Origin: Mobula hypostoma
Lineage: Eukaryota
Direction: 5' to 3'
NCBI RefSeq assembly: GCF_963921235.1
Contig: NC_086107.1
Span: forward strand, 108,812,001-108,876,000
DNA length: 64,000 nt
The notes beneath the pieces are model-generated. The model saw nothing but the letters and a program-made list of their open reading frames with translations. It was not told the origin of the DNA and did no database searches. How positions within the stretch are numbered: position 1 is the stretch's first letter; each line of letters opens with the position of its first letter. Of the stretch, positions 50,040 to 62,694 are shown piece after piece. Made by a program: the position numbers and the translations under genes.

Positions 50040-52315
50040 TGGAGAGGGGGGGAAGAGGGGGTAAGAGGGAAGGGGGAGAGGTGGGGAAGGGGGAGGAAGA
50101 GTGAGGAAGAGGGGAGAAGAGGGGAAGGGGCAAGGGGAAAAGGGGAAGGGGAGTGGGGGAAGAAGGGAGACAGGGAGTTGGGGAGAGGGGGAGAAGGGGG
50201 TGAGAGGGAGATGGGGAAGAAGGTAAAGGGGAGGGGGCAGAGAGGGGAAAGAGGGGAGTGAGGGGGAGAAGTGAGGAAGGGGGAGGGGGAGGGAGAGGAG
50301 GAGGGGCAGGGAGAGGGAGAGTGTGGAGAGGAGGAGAATGGGGGTGGAAGAGTGGGAAAAGGGGGAAGTGGGTGGAAGTGGGGGAGGGGGAAAGAGGGGG
50401 AAGGGGAAGGGGAAAGGGGAAGGGGAAGGGGAAGAGGGAAGGGGGAAGGGGAAGAGGGACAGGGAAGAGGGATGGGGCAGGAGGCAGAAGGGGCAGGAGG
50501 AGGGGGAAGGGGCAGGAGGAGGGGAAAGGGGCAGGAGGAGGGGGAAGGGAAAGGGGAAGGAGGAAGGGAAAGGGGAAGAGGGATGGGGAAGAGGGAGGGG
50601 CAGGAGGAGGGAAAAGGAGCAGGAGGAAGGGGAAGGGGCAGGAGAAGGGGGAAGGGTAGGAGGGATAGGGAAATGGGAAGGAGAAAAGGGGTAAAGGGGA
50701 GGGGAAATGGGGAGGAGGAAAGAGGGGGAAGAAGGGGAGAAAAGGAAGGGGAGAAGGGAAAGGGGAGGTGGGACAGTTGGGGGAGAGGGGGAGAGGGGGA
50801 GGGGGTAGAGGGGGAAAGAGGGGGAGAGAGAGTGGGAGGGGAGAGGGAGTGTGGAGGGGATGGGGAAGGTGGAGGAAGAGGGGAGAGGTGGAGGAAGAGG
50901 GGGAGAATGGGTGGAAGAGTGGGAAAGGGGGAAGTGGGTGGAAGTGGGGAAAGGGGAAAGAGCGGAAGGGTTAAGGGGAGAAGGAAGGGGGAGAGGAGGA
51001 GAGAGGGGGGAGAGAGAGGGGATAGAGGGGGAGGGGGAGAGAGGGGGAGAGAGAGGGGAGAGAGGGGGAGAGAGAGGGGAGAGAGGGGGGAGGGAGAGAG
51101 AGGGGAGAGAGAGGGAGAGAGAGGGGGAGAGAGAAGGGGAGAGGGGGAGAGAGGGGAGAGGGGGGAGAGAGGGGGAGAGGGGGAGAAGGGAAGAGAGGGG
51201 GAGAGAGAGGGGGAGAGGGGGAGGGGGGAGAGAGGGGGAGAGAGAGGGAGAGAGAGGGGGAGAGAGAAGGGGAGAGAGGCGGGAGAGAGGAGGAGAGACG
51301 GGGAGGGAGGGAGGGGGAGAGAGGGGAGAGGGAGAGAGAGGGGGAGAGGGGGAGAGAGGGGAGAGGGGGAGAGAGGGGGGAGAGAGAGGGGGAGAGGGGG
51401 AGGGGGGAGAGAGGGGGAGAGAGGGGGAGGGGGAGAGGGGGAGAGAGGGGGAGAGAGAGGGAGAGAGGGGGAGAGGGGGAGAGGGGGAGGGGAGGGAGAG
51501 GGGAGAGAGAGGGGGAGAGAGAGGGGGAGAGAGGGTAGAGAGAGAGGGGAGAGAGGGGGGAGAGAGGGGAGGGGGAGAGAGAGGGGGAGAGGGGAGAGAG
51601 GGGGGAGAGGGGGAGAGAGAGAGGGGAGAGAGGGGGAGAGGGGGAGAGAGAGGGGGAGGGGGAGAGGGGAGAGAGAGGGGGAGAGAGAGGGGGAGGGGGA
51701 GAGGGGAGAGAGAGGGGGAGAGAGAGGGGGAGAGAGAGGGGGAGAGGGGGAAGAGATAGGGGAGAGAGGGGGAGGGGAGAGGAGAGGGGAGAAGGGGGAG
51801 GGGAGAGAGAGAGGGGAGAGAGGGAGAGAGGGGGGAGAGGGAGAGAGGGGGGAGAGGGAGGAGGGGGGAGAGGGGGAGAGAGGGTGTGGAGGGGGATGGG
51901 GAAGGTGGAGGAAGAGGGGGAGAAGAGGTGGAAGGGGGAAAGGGGGAAGTGGGTGGAAGGGGGGAAAGGGAGAAAGAGGGGAAGGGTGAAGGGGAGAAGG
52001 AGGAAGGGGAAATGGTGGGAGAGGGGAAAGAGAAGAGGGATGGGAAGGAAGGGGAAGGTGGGAAAAGGGAGAAGGGGAGAACAGAAGGGGAGAAGGGAAG
52101 GGGAGAAGTGGAGAGGAGGGAGTGGGAAGGGGAAGGTGAATGGGGAAGGGGAGGGTGAAGGAAGGAAGGGGAAGGGGGAAGGGGAGGGGGGAGAGGGAAG
52201 GTGAAGAGGGAAGGGAGAAGGGTGAAGGAGGGAAAGGGGAAGGGGAAGAGAAATGGGGAAAGGGGGAAGGGAAGGGGAAGAGGGGAAAAGGGGGAAAGGG
52301 GAAGAGAGAGAGAGA
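50040..52315. repeat. ~2.3-kb polypurine (G/A) low-complexity tract between CR1 fragments
   Basis: Direct reading; recurring ~60-bp subunits near 50325, 50890 and 51905. Confidence 0.98.
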
Positions 52316-52699
52316 ACTGTCAGATACGGTCAGTATTTTCCCCAAGGTAGGGAAATTGAAAACCGGAGGGTATTAATTTAAGGTGAGAGGACAAATTTTA
52401 AGTGGATCTGAGGAGCAAATTTTTCACATAGTATGTGAAACGGACTTGTAGAGATAGGGGTATGACTGCAATGTTTAAAATGCATTTGAACAGGTACAGT
52501 AATGGGACCAGTTTAGAGGGACGTGGGCCTAACGCATCCGGAAGGGACCAGCTCAGGTAGGTGTATTTGACTGACGGGCCTGTTGCTCTGCTGTTAATTC
52601 TATACACAGCACGGTAGCCTAGCGGCTAGCACAGAGTCCTCTGTAAGGAGTTTGTACCTCCTGCCACAGGAATGGATGGGTTTTTGTCTGGGTGCTCGG

Positions 52700-53038
52700 C
52701 AATGTTCCTCTGAGGTGTGTGTGCACACACATCTTTTGTTACTAGTGCACAGAGGAATTTAAACTGCGCACAAAGGGTTGTCACCCTCTACCCTGTTGGC
52801 ATGTTAAGTATATTTACGATTGTACACAATCACATTTCCTTTTCCGGTTTCTGATGTGGATGGGGTTGACAACGCGGAGTTTGCGATAATTTGTTTGCAG
52901 ATTTTAGAACTGGCTTATATATACTGTCTTTATTGAAGAAATTATTCAGTGCACACACGTTGTTGTCACTGGGCAAAAAAATTGCACCCCGTAAGATTTT
53001 TGGACATGCCGGCCATTTACGGATTAAAGGGAACATTG
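52700..53038. mobile_element. hAT MITE inserted in a V-SINE (~52605-53200)
   Basis: TIRs CAATGTTCC/GGAACATTG and 8-bp TSD GTGCTCGG/GTGCTCTG. Confidence 0.85.
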
Positions 53039-53971
53039 GTGCTCTGGTTTCCTCCCACAGTCCAAAGACGTGCTGGTGAGTAGGTTGACTGGTCATTGTA
53101 AGTCGTCCCGTGATTAGGCTAGGATTAAATCGGGGGTTGCCGGGCAGCGCGGCGTGAAGGGCCAGAAACGCCTATTCCACGCTGTGCCTCTACATAAATA
53201 AAATATAATAATAAGTTGCAGCAGTACTGGATATTATTTCCCTCGGCCCTAGCATTAACCCAATGAGCTGAATAGCCTCCTTCTATACAATTATTATTCG
53301 GTACAGAAGATTATTTTCCTAGGGCCAGCATTGATCCAATGGGCCAAATAGCCTCCTTGTATACAATGATGAGAACCGGATTAAAAAAAAACTTTTTCAG
53401 AATTCTGGCTTTCTGTCTATCACTTTATTCACACAGTACTGCCAGCAATGGACAGTCCTGTAGCTCCTGGAAGCCTGTCAATATTTGCAACGTGTCTTCC
53501 ACCCAGAAACATTTGGAGGCCTGACCAGTTTGTGCTTATGTAGCCTCTACATAGAACGGCTGGAAGCCCAGCAGGCAATATCAAAGCCCTTTGCTGTGAT
53601 TAATAATTTATTGTCTGTCCATGAAGGTAGAATTGATGTCAAGGGGAAGGACTTGCATTTCTATAATGCCTTTCACCTTCCTCTCCAGACTCTGCAAAGC
53701 ACCTCCTCGGCAAAAAAGGTGCAGCTGGTGTTATACCGACAGGAGCAGCCTTGTACGGGCACGCATAGCAGTATCCCATGGACAACAGTGGGATTATAAT
53801 CAGGCACGTGCTGGAGAGAGTGGAAAGGAGATTTGCTAGAACGCTGGACAGAAATGAATGGTTTTAGTTATGAGGTAGATTGGGTAGGCTAGGTCTGTTT
53901 ACCCTGGGGTGCAGGAGGGCGAGGGATGAACTCAGAATCAGAAGGAAGTTTGATATCACTGACACATGTCG

Positions 53972-54510
53972 CAGATATCCCACCCTGCAAAAACTCATTT
54001 CAGGGAGGCAGCACCATCAATTTGCGGGAGACTCCCGGAACTTCCGGGAGAGGTGGGATGTCTGCAATAGAGTAGCTCCTTAGCAGCTGGCCAGCTAGTT
54101 TAAATAACGTTAGCTATGCTAATAAACAAATGACACCTGTTAAACTCACCTCAACATGTCTTTTACAGTCTTAACCCACCATGGGCAATAGAAAAGTCAC
54201 TGTTGTAAACAGTGCAGCGAGCAACACTGTCATTATTTTGACCCCTATTAGGCAGGGGTACACTTTAGTGTAGTCTGGGGTGATGTACATTTTATATTTT
54301 TTTTGGAACACTCTGCCATGGTGCACTCTCGCTCGTGCGCTCTCTCTCTCGTGGTCGCTCGCGCTCTCTCAAGTGCCCTCACTTGCTTTCTCTCTCGCTC
54401 TCTCTCAAAAATATTGATTTCCGTAATATTGTATATAATTTGCGGGCATCAGGGAGCCACTATTAATATGTGGGAGACTCCCGGAACTTCCGGGAGAGGT
54501 GGGATGTCTG
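53972..54510. mobile_element. Non-autonomous DNA transposon with a 6-bp TSD (hAT5/hAT6-like)
   Basis: TIRs CAGATATCCCACC/GGTGGGATGTCTG and TSD ATGTCG; the right end is duplicated internally at ~54024-54064. Confidence 0.8.
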
Positions 54511-54544
54511 ATGTCGTAAAATCTGTTGTTTTGCGACAGCAGTC

Positions 54545-55090
54545 CATTCAAAGATTCAAAGTACATTTACAGAGTACAGAAGGAAACCCTGAGATTTGCC
54601 CTCCTGCAGGCAGCCACCAAACAGAGAAACATCAAGAAAACATCAAACACACCATCTCGCAGAAAAAGAAAAGAACAAATTGCGCAAATGGCAGAAGGCA
54701 AGCGGACAACACACAGAAGAACAAACATCAAACCAGGAGTCCCGGAGTATTCAGTTCAGCTCAGTTCAGTGTCGTGCCACTAGCCCACTGCCGGGCAAAG
54801 CACTAGACCACATCGATCGCCCTGATCAAACCGCTCAGAAACAGAAAGGGAAAAAAAGAGAGTAACCAGAATCAGAGCGCGTGCAACATGAACCCCAAAG
54901 TCCCCCAAAACGAGTCCACAGCTTCTCCGACCAATTCTCGTAACGTGGATCCCAAGACTCCTCCACTTTCCTCCGACAGCAACTAGCGAGAGGGAGGGGA
55001 AGCCCAGTTAGGTGCAGGCAGATGACTCGGAACACCCGCCCGTCGTCCGCTCTCGTCCTGGCCGAGGTCAACCTTGCTTGACGCCTCAGT
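54545..55090 (-). mobile_element. Second copy of the 8583-9997 family
   Basis: Colinear similarity ('aaagattcaaagtacattta', 'catgaaccccaaagtcccc', 'caaccttgct.gacgcctcag'). Confidence 0.8.
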
Positions 55091-56619
55091 CGGAGGGAAG
55101 GTTGTGTGGTCAGTCAATGTCAACCAACAGCAGCCAAAACAGTTTGATCTTTTGTTCTAATTGTGTTCTTTCTCCTACAATTTTGTAAGAATTATGTTTA
55201 ATTTATGTTTTCCTGGGATTGTTGCATCACTAATACTCTGTGTCTGTGTTGTTGCTGTTTTCCATTCCACCTCTATGCACATGTTCTTATGCATCTGACA
55301 ATGAACTTGACTTCGCCTATTGCTCAGTATAGGATCATTCTCTGGAAAAATTCACAGGCCCTTGAGCGGCTAGGAGCTCCTCTAAGGAACTGAGGTTGAG
55401 GGAGAAGGTAATAGACCCAAATCGGGGGTCAGAAGGAGACAACATTTGATGTGTAGAGGGAAGGGGAAAGAAAATGGAAGGGTATGTGGTAACCCTTTTC
55501 CTAAGCACACAGAGCCTTCAGATCTAGTAAGGAAAGAGATTGTTTGGCTTTCCAATCACACTGGCAATAATAAAACCTTGCCATGTTAGCACCCATGCTT
55601 TCTGTTGGCTGATCTTTTCCTCAGGCAGGTGAGGATTCTCGCAGCCTGGCAGCTTCCAGCTCTGTTTCAGGAGATTGAAACCGAAGGAAGCGGAGAAACA
55701 GCGAACAACAGGGGCATTAAAAATTCAGGAGGCCGAGTCCGGAGATGTACAGTCCATCAAGTCACTCTCCTTTCATCTCTGCTTGGTTTGAGATACAAAG
55801 TTCAGCCAAACGGAGAGAGAGATTAGACAATCTCTGTTGATCTCTAACGGTATATAGAGATATTTCCTTCAGCAGAATGCCTCTACTTTTTGATTCCTGT
55901 CACAAATACTTAGCACAAGAAACTTCAAGAGCAAGGAAGGACTTCTGGGCCTGCAGTTCCTGCTTCATCTCACACCTATCACTATGCCTGGGGGGTAGGC
56001 CCCTGGGTTTCTCTCTTTCAATTATGTTAGATGATGTTACCGAGGTATTCAGCATTGGCTGGACTATGGACTTTTTTCAGATTTGTAGTTTTTATAATCT
56101 CTATTTCCCTGTTTTTTTGTGTGGGGAGGAGGATTTGGGGGTCGATGTTCTTGTTGCTTTTTTTTAGCTTTTTGTGTGAGGAGGGAGGGATTTGGAGGCG
56201 AATGTTCTTGTTGAATTTCTTGCAGGGGGGCGGTTTGGGAGGTCGATGATTGCGTTGCCATTCTTTTTTGAGCGGGGAGTGGGTTTGTTGGTTCTCTCTA
56301 GAATGACATCCATCCTTTTTCTTTGTTCCGTGGCTATCTGGAGAAGAAGAATCTCAGAGTTGTACATACCTTGATAATAAATGAACCTTTGAACCACAGC
56401 CTCACCCCCTGGCTTGGCTCCACAAGCAGAGAGAGGCCATTCCTGCAGCACCAGCCTTTGCAGAAATTATTGATTTTGAAGTGCAGTCGCTGGATGGGAT
56501 AGACAAAGCAGGGAAGCCAATCCATACACAACAAGCTTGCATGAACCACAGTGGAATATTCCTTCAGTAACGTTAATTATGGGATATATTCTGACCAAAA
56601 ATCCTGGAAACCCAGAGCA

Positions 56620-57360
56620 GTAAACACAGAATGCTGGAGGAACTCAGCAGGTCAGGCAGCGTCAACAGAAATGAATAAACAGTCTGCGTTTTGGGCCGAG
56701 ACCCTTCAGCGGGACTGGAAAGGAAGAGGCCAGAACAAGGAGGTGGAGTCGGTGGCAGTAGTACAAGCTGGCAGGTGATAGGTGAAACCAGGTGAGGGGG
56801 AAGGTGGGTGGATAGGGGAGCAAGGGATGATGTGAGAAGCTGGGAGGAGGGCACCAGAGGAAGGTGATGGGCAGGTGAGGAGAAGAGAAGGGGTTAGACA
56901 GGAGCCGGAATGGGGAATGGAAAGTTGGAGAAATTGATGTTCATGCCATCAGGTTGGAGGCTATCCAGGCAGAATGCGAGGTGTCACAAACTTGAGAAAA
57001 TCTGAAGATGTTGGAAATCCAAACCAACACACACAAAATGCTGGGGGAACTCAACAAGTCAGGCAGCATCTATGGAAGTGAATAAACAGTCAATGTTTCG
57101 GGCTGAGATTCTTCAGCAGGACTGGGAAAAAATGATGAGAATTCAGGATGAGAAAGTGGAGGGAGGGGAGGATGAAGTACTAGGTGATAGGTGAAACCAG
57201 GAGAGGGGGAGGGGGTGAAGTAAAGAGCTGGGAAGCTGATAGGTGAAAGAGATAAAGGGCTGGAGGAGGGGGAGTCTGATCGGAGAGGGTAAAGGACCAT
57301 GGAAGAAAGGGAAGGAGGAGAAGAACCAGAGGAAGGTGATGGGCAGGTAAGGAGATAAGG
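56620..57360 (-). mobile_element. Tandem PLE terminal regions
   Basis: Two direct copies (from ~56620 and ~56985) with mutated hammerhead cores. Confidence 0.85.
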
Positions 57361-57859
57361 TGCTTGAGGTGTTTCCCTTCCAACCTGGTGGTGTTCTGAG
57401 AAAGGATCCCTGGTCATCTTTGAAATATTATCCTGGGTTGCTTTGTTTCAACAAGGCCAAGCAGAATAGAAGATTGACATTAACTGCAGGATTTAGAACA
57501 GAACAGCACAGGAACAGGAGCTTTGAACCACTATGTTGTGTCAAACTAATTAAACTAGTAATTAAACATCAAAGTAAATAAGTCCCTCCTGCCTACACAA
57601 GGTCCATAGCACTCCATTCTAATGTGTCTGTCTCTGAGCCTCTTAAACACATCCTAGTGTTATGTAACGACTGCCCTCCCAGTAGTCTGGCACTGTCTCA
57701 GTACAGTGCTGACAGATCAGGTATGGATTTTGCCCTCAGGTCTCTGGGCTGGACTCGAACCTATGCCATTTTAACTCAGATCCCTCCACCACTGGTCCAG
57801 CACAGCTGCTGGGTCCAGGAAGCGGTCAGTTCAGTTGAATTACAGAGTAATACAGCACA

Positions 57860-58200
57860 GGTGGCAGGTTGGACATGCGTCTCTACCAAAGCGGGGTAAG
57901 ATGCTCCTTCCCCCCATTAGCCTGCAGGTCACCCTTGGGCAAGGTGTAGCACCTGCTTAGCCCCCCCCCACCCCCGATCAGGGTCACGCAAAACCAGCCG
58001 GTGTATATCACATGTCCTGGTTATGCGACCACTGACACCAGTCAGGCAATCTCTCAAGAGTATTGATAAAGGCTGGGCTCACCCGTCCTGTAAAGACACT
58101 GTCCAGAAGAAGGCAATGGCAAACCACTTCTGCAAAGAACAATCATGGTCATGAGACCATGATCACCCACATCATATGACGCAGCACATGATGATGATAA
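57860..58200 (+). mobile_element. Non-autonomous RTE-derived element (15905 family)
   Basis: Colinear with 15905-16291; (TGA)n tail; ACAGCACAG on both sides is the probable TSD. Confidence 0.8.
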
Positions 58201-58231
58201 CAGCACAGGAACAGGCCCTTCAGCTCATCTG

Positions 58232-58820
58232 AAGTTTGGCCTGTCCCCAAAAGCCCTCGCTAATTTTTATAGGTGCACCGTAGAAAGCATTCTTCTGGGG
58301 TGCATCACAACCTGGTATGGAAGTTGTCCTGTCCAAGACCGGAAGAAGCTGCAGAAGATCGTGAACACAGCCCAGCACATCACACAAACCAATCTTCCGT
58401 CCTTGGACTCACTTTACACCGCACACTGTCGGAGCAGTGCTGCCAGGATAATCAAGGAAACGACCCACCCAGCCAACACACTTTTCATCTCTCTTCCCTC
58501 CGGGAGAAGGCTCAGGAGCTCGAAGACTCGTACGGCCAGATTTGAGAACAGCTTCTTTCCAACTGTGATAAGACTGCTGAACGGATCCTGACCCGGATCT
58601 GGGCCGTACCCTCCAAATATCCGGACCTGCCTCTCAGTTTTTTTGCACTACCTTACTTTCCCTTTTCTATTTTCTATTTATGATTTATAATTTAAGGTTT
58701 TAATATTTACTATCGATTTGTACTCCAGGGAGCGCGAAGCGCAGAATCAAATATCATTATGATGATTGTACGTTCTAGTATCAATTGTTTGGCGACAATA
58801 AAGTATAAAGTATAAAGTAT
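58232..58820 (+). mobile_element. Young Rex1-type LINE 3' fragment
   Basis: NTAQHITQTNLPSLD...RTARFENSFFPTVIRLLN and (TAAAGTA)n tail. Confidence 0.92.
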
Positions 58821-59274
58821 CTTCTCCATGCTGACCAAGATGCCCACCTAAGCCAGCCCCATTTGCCCATTTTTGACCCATATCCCTCCAGATCTTTCCT
58901 ATCTATATATCTGTCCAAATGTCTTTCAAACACTATGGATTGTACCTGCCTCAACCACTTCCTCTGACAGCTCGTCCCATATATGCACCACACTCTGGGC
59001 GAAAAAGTCTGGACTGATTTGTTGAAGGTTCTCAAGCTCTCCATTAATGCTGCCTAGCTCGTTGAGTTCCTCCTGCGTTTTGTGTGTGCTGCTCAGGATT
59101 TGCAGAACGTGCAGAACCTTTCGTGTTTGGAATGCGGGAGGAAACCCATGTGGCCACAGGGAGAACGTACAAACTGCTTGACCTGCAAAGTTCTCTCCGA
59201 TAGGACGCTTGTTGCTCTAGAATCCAGTATCTGCATCCAGTTGGGTCTCTACCACCTGCAGGGTTCCCTCATAT

Positions 59275-59900
59275 CACACATAGCAGTCCTCACCGAGGGA
59301 TCGGTGATGGAAATGGTGAGTAATTTCAAGTGCCTGGTGGTCAACATCTCTGAGGCTAGCATATCGATGCAGTTACAAAGAAGGCACAACAGCAGTTATA
59401 CTTCATTAGGAGTTTGAGGAGATTTGGTACGTCACCAAAAACACTCGCTAATTTCCACAGGTGTATCGTGGACAGCAATCTAACTTATTGCGTCACCATC
59501 TGGTATGGGGTGGGGGATCACTGCACGCAGTCGAAATAAGCTGCAGAATGTTATGAACTCAGTCAGCTCCATCACGAGCACTAGCCCCCCTCCACAACAT
59601 CAGGGACATTTTCAAGGAGCGACGCCTTAAAAAGGTGGCATCCATCATTAAGGACCCCCAGCTCCCAGATCATGCCTTGTTCTCAATGCTACCATCAGCA
59701 AGAAAGTACAGGAGCCTGAAGGCACACACTCAGCAATTCAGGAACAGCTTCTTCCCCTCTGCCATCTTTCTGAATGGACATTTGACTTATGAAACTCACT
59801 ACATCATCTTTCTCATTTTGCACAACTTATTTTATATATATATATATTTACACTTAGTGTAAATTGACATATGCCAGTGATATTAAACCTGATTCTGACT
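59275..59900 (+). mobile_element. Rex1-type LINE 3' fragment
   Basis: IKDPQLPDHALFSMLPSARKYRSLKAHTQQFRNSFFPSAI and AAACCTGATTCTGA tail. Confidence 0.9.
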
Positions 59901-59920
59901 CCACCTTGAAAATATACTGT

Positions 59921-60252
59921 ATAGTCATAGTCATAGTCATACTTTATTGATCCCGGGGGAAATTGGTTTTCGTTACAGTTGCACCATAAATAATTAAATA
60001 GTAATAAAACCATAAATAATTAAATAGTAATATGTAAATTGTGCCAGGACCAGCCTATTGGCTCAGGGTGTCTGACCCTCCAAGGGAGGAGTTGTAAAGT
60101 TTGATGGCCACGGGCAGGAATGACTTCCTATGATGCTGTGCTGCATCTCGGAGGAATGAGTCTCTGGCTGAATGTACTCCTGTGCCCAACCAGTACATTG
60201 TGTAGTGGATGGGAGACATTGTTCAAGATGGCATGCAACTTGGACAGCATCA
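59921..60252 (-). mobile_element. Rex1-type LINE 3' fragment, inverted relative to 61746-62694
   Basis: Reverse complement of ~62345-62690, including GGGATCAATAAAGTA(TGACTA)n. Confidence 0.92.
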
Positions 60253-61745
60253 ATGCTACCCTATCGTTGTATCTAAACGCTGAACTTCCCTCTCCAACAG
60301 CTCTGCGAGACTACCTTCACGAGAGAACAATAGCAAGTGATAGAGTCACACAGAGTTGAAACAGGCCATTCGGCTCCATGCTGACCAAGATTCCCATCAA
60401 AGCGAGTCTCATTTGCCCACATTTGGCCGATATCTCTCTAAACCAAGGGTTTCCAACCTGGGGCCCATGGCCCACTTGCCTAATCGCATAAAAGAACATT
60501 GAGAACCCCTGACCTAAACCTTTCCAATCCCTGTACTTGTCCAAATGTTTTTAAAATGTACCTGCCTCAACGACTTAGAGAGAGAGAGATTATGTGAATT
60601 AGCTTCACTTGTCCACGTGCACATCAAAACCCACAGTGAAATGTGTCATTTGCGTCCTTGTGATTTTTCCAATTCCAAGTTTCCGGCGCCAACACAGCAT
60701 GCCCACAAACTCACCAACCATAAATGTAGATCTTTGGAATGTGGGAGGAAACTGGAGCTCCCAGAGGAAACCCGTACAGTCATTGGAGAACGTGCTCGTT
60801 ACAGAATCGAACCCCGCCCGGTGATGGCTAGCATTGTAAAGCAGCCGCGCCAATCGCTACACGACAGTGGCACTGTACTTCCTCTGGCAGCTCTTTCAAT
60901 ACACACACAAGATGCTGGAGGAACTCAGCAGGTCACACAGCAGCTATGGAGCGCAACTAAGAGATTCAACGTACTGACCACTCTCTGGGTGAAATGTTGC
61001 TCTTCAAGTTCCTAGTGAATCTCCCCTCTCTCACCTTAAACTAGGAGGTCCCAACTTTTTTTTATGCCATAAGCCAATACCATTAAGCAAGGGGTTCATG
61101 GGCCCCAGTTTGGGCACCACTACATTAAACCAAAGCCCTCTAGTCATTGACTCCCCAACCCTGTTAATCCTAGCAAGGACAGTTCACCAGTTCTCCTCCC
61201 ATAGGAATAGGCAATAAATACCAGACTCGATGATATTTTTTTCAGAGTGACCGAAAAAACAGAGGCGCAACTTCAAGATTCAAGAGTGTTTAATGTCATT
61301 TCCAATACACAAGTGTAAATGAGAAGAAAATAATTGCTACTCTGGATCTGATACAGCACAAAAAACACAATAAGATAAAGACCACAATAAAAAAATAATA
61401 AATATAAATACATAAGATAACATATACATAGATAGTATGTCCATAAAGTGACGCTACGCACAGGAGTGTCTGTGCAGAAAGTGACTTTGACAGGAAATGA
61501 CAAGGTAGTGGTGGTTGGGAGTGTGGTGGGGTGGCTTAGTGGATGGAGGTGTTGATCAGCCTTACTGCTTGTGGAAAGTCCTGGCACAGGATGGCCAAGT
61601 GGAGATACGTCTCTGCCAAAGGAGGTGTAAGATGCTCCTTCCCTCTGCTAGCCTGCAGGTCATTCTTGGGCAAGGTGTCGCACCTGCCTATCCCCCCGAT
61701 CAGGGTCATGTGAAGCCCTGGGAGCAGGTGGTGGATGGTCATATG

Positions 61746-62694
61746 GACAAGACTGTCTTGTCTCCCTTTCTCTTCACCATTTACACCTCGGACTTCAACT
61801 ACTGCACAGAGTCTTATCATCTTCAGAAGTTTTCGGATGACTCTGCCATAGTTGGATGCATCAGCAAGGGAGATGAGGCTGAGTACAGGGCTAGGTAGGA
61901 AACTTTGTCACATGGTGTGAGCAGAATTATCTGCAGCTTCATGTGAAAAAGACTAAGGAGCTGGTGGTAGACCTGAGGAGAGCTGAGGTACCGGTGACCC
62001 CTGTTTCTATCCAGGAGGTCAGTGCGGACATGGTGGAGGATTACAAGTACCTGGGGATACGAATTGACAATAAACTGGACTGGTCTAATAACACTGAGGC
62101 TGTCTACAAGAAGGGTCAGAGCCGTCTCTATTTCCCGAGGAGACTGAGGTCCTTTAACATCTGCCGGACGATGCTGAGGATGTTCTATGAGTCTGTGGTG
62201 GCCAGTGTGATCATGTTTGCTGTTGTGTGCTGGGGCAGCAGGTTGAGGGTAGCAGACACCAACAGAATCAACAAACTCATTCGTAAGGCCAGTGATGTTG
62301 TGGGGATGGAACTGGACTCTCTGACGATGGTGTCTGAAAAGAGGATGCTGTCTAAGTTGCATGCCATCTTGGACAATGTCTCCCATCCACTACATAATGT
62401 ACTGGGTGGGCACAGGAGTACATTCAGCCAGAGACTCATTCCTCCGAGGTACAGCACAGAGCATCATAGGAAGTCATTCCTGCCTGTGGCCATCAAACTT
62501 TACAACTCTTCCCTTGGAGGGTCAGACACCCTGAGCCGATAGGTTGGTCCTGGACTTATTTCATAATTTACTGGCATAATTTACATATTACTATTTAACT
62601 ATTTATGGTTCTATTACTATTTATTATTTATGGTGCAACTGTAACGAAAACCAATTTCCCCTGGGATCAATAAAGTATGACTATGACTATTACT
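61746..62694 (+). mobile_element. Rex1-type LINE RT fragment nested in an RTE-derived element (61588-61745 and 62695-62900)
   Basis: TVLSPFLFTIYTSD, KFSDDSAIVG, KTKELVVDLR, KKGQSRLYF; ATATG duplicated at the junctions. Confidence 0.93.

Noticed and set aside
49931..52345. 804-aa Pro/Ser/Leu ORF and overlapping Gly/Arg/Glu ORFs
   Set aside because: Stop-free only because they read through a G/A low-complexity tract; no domain content.
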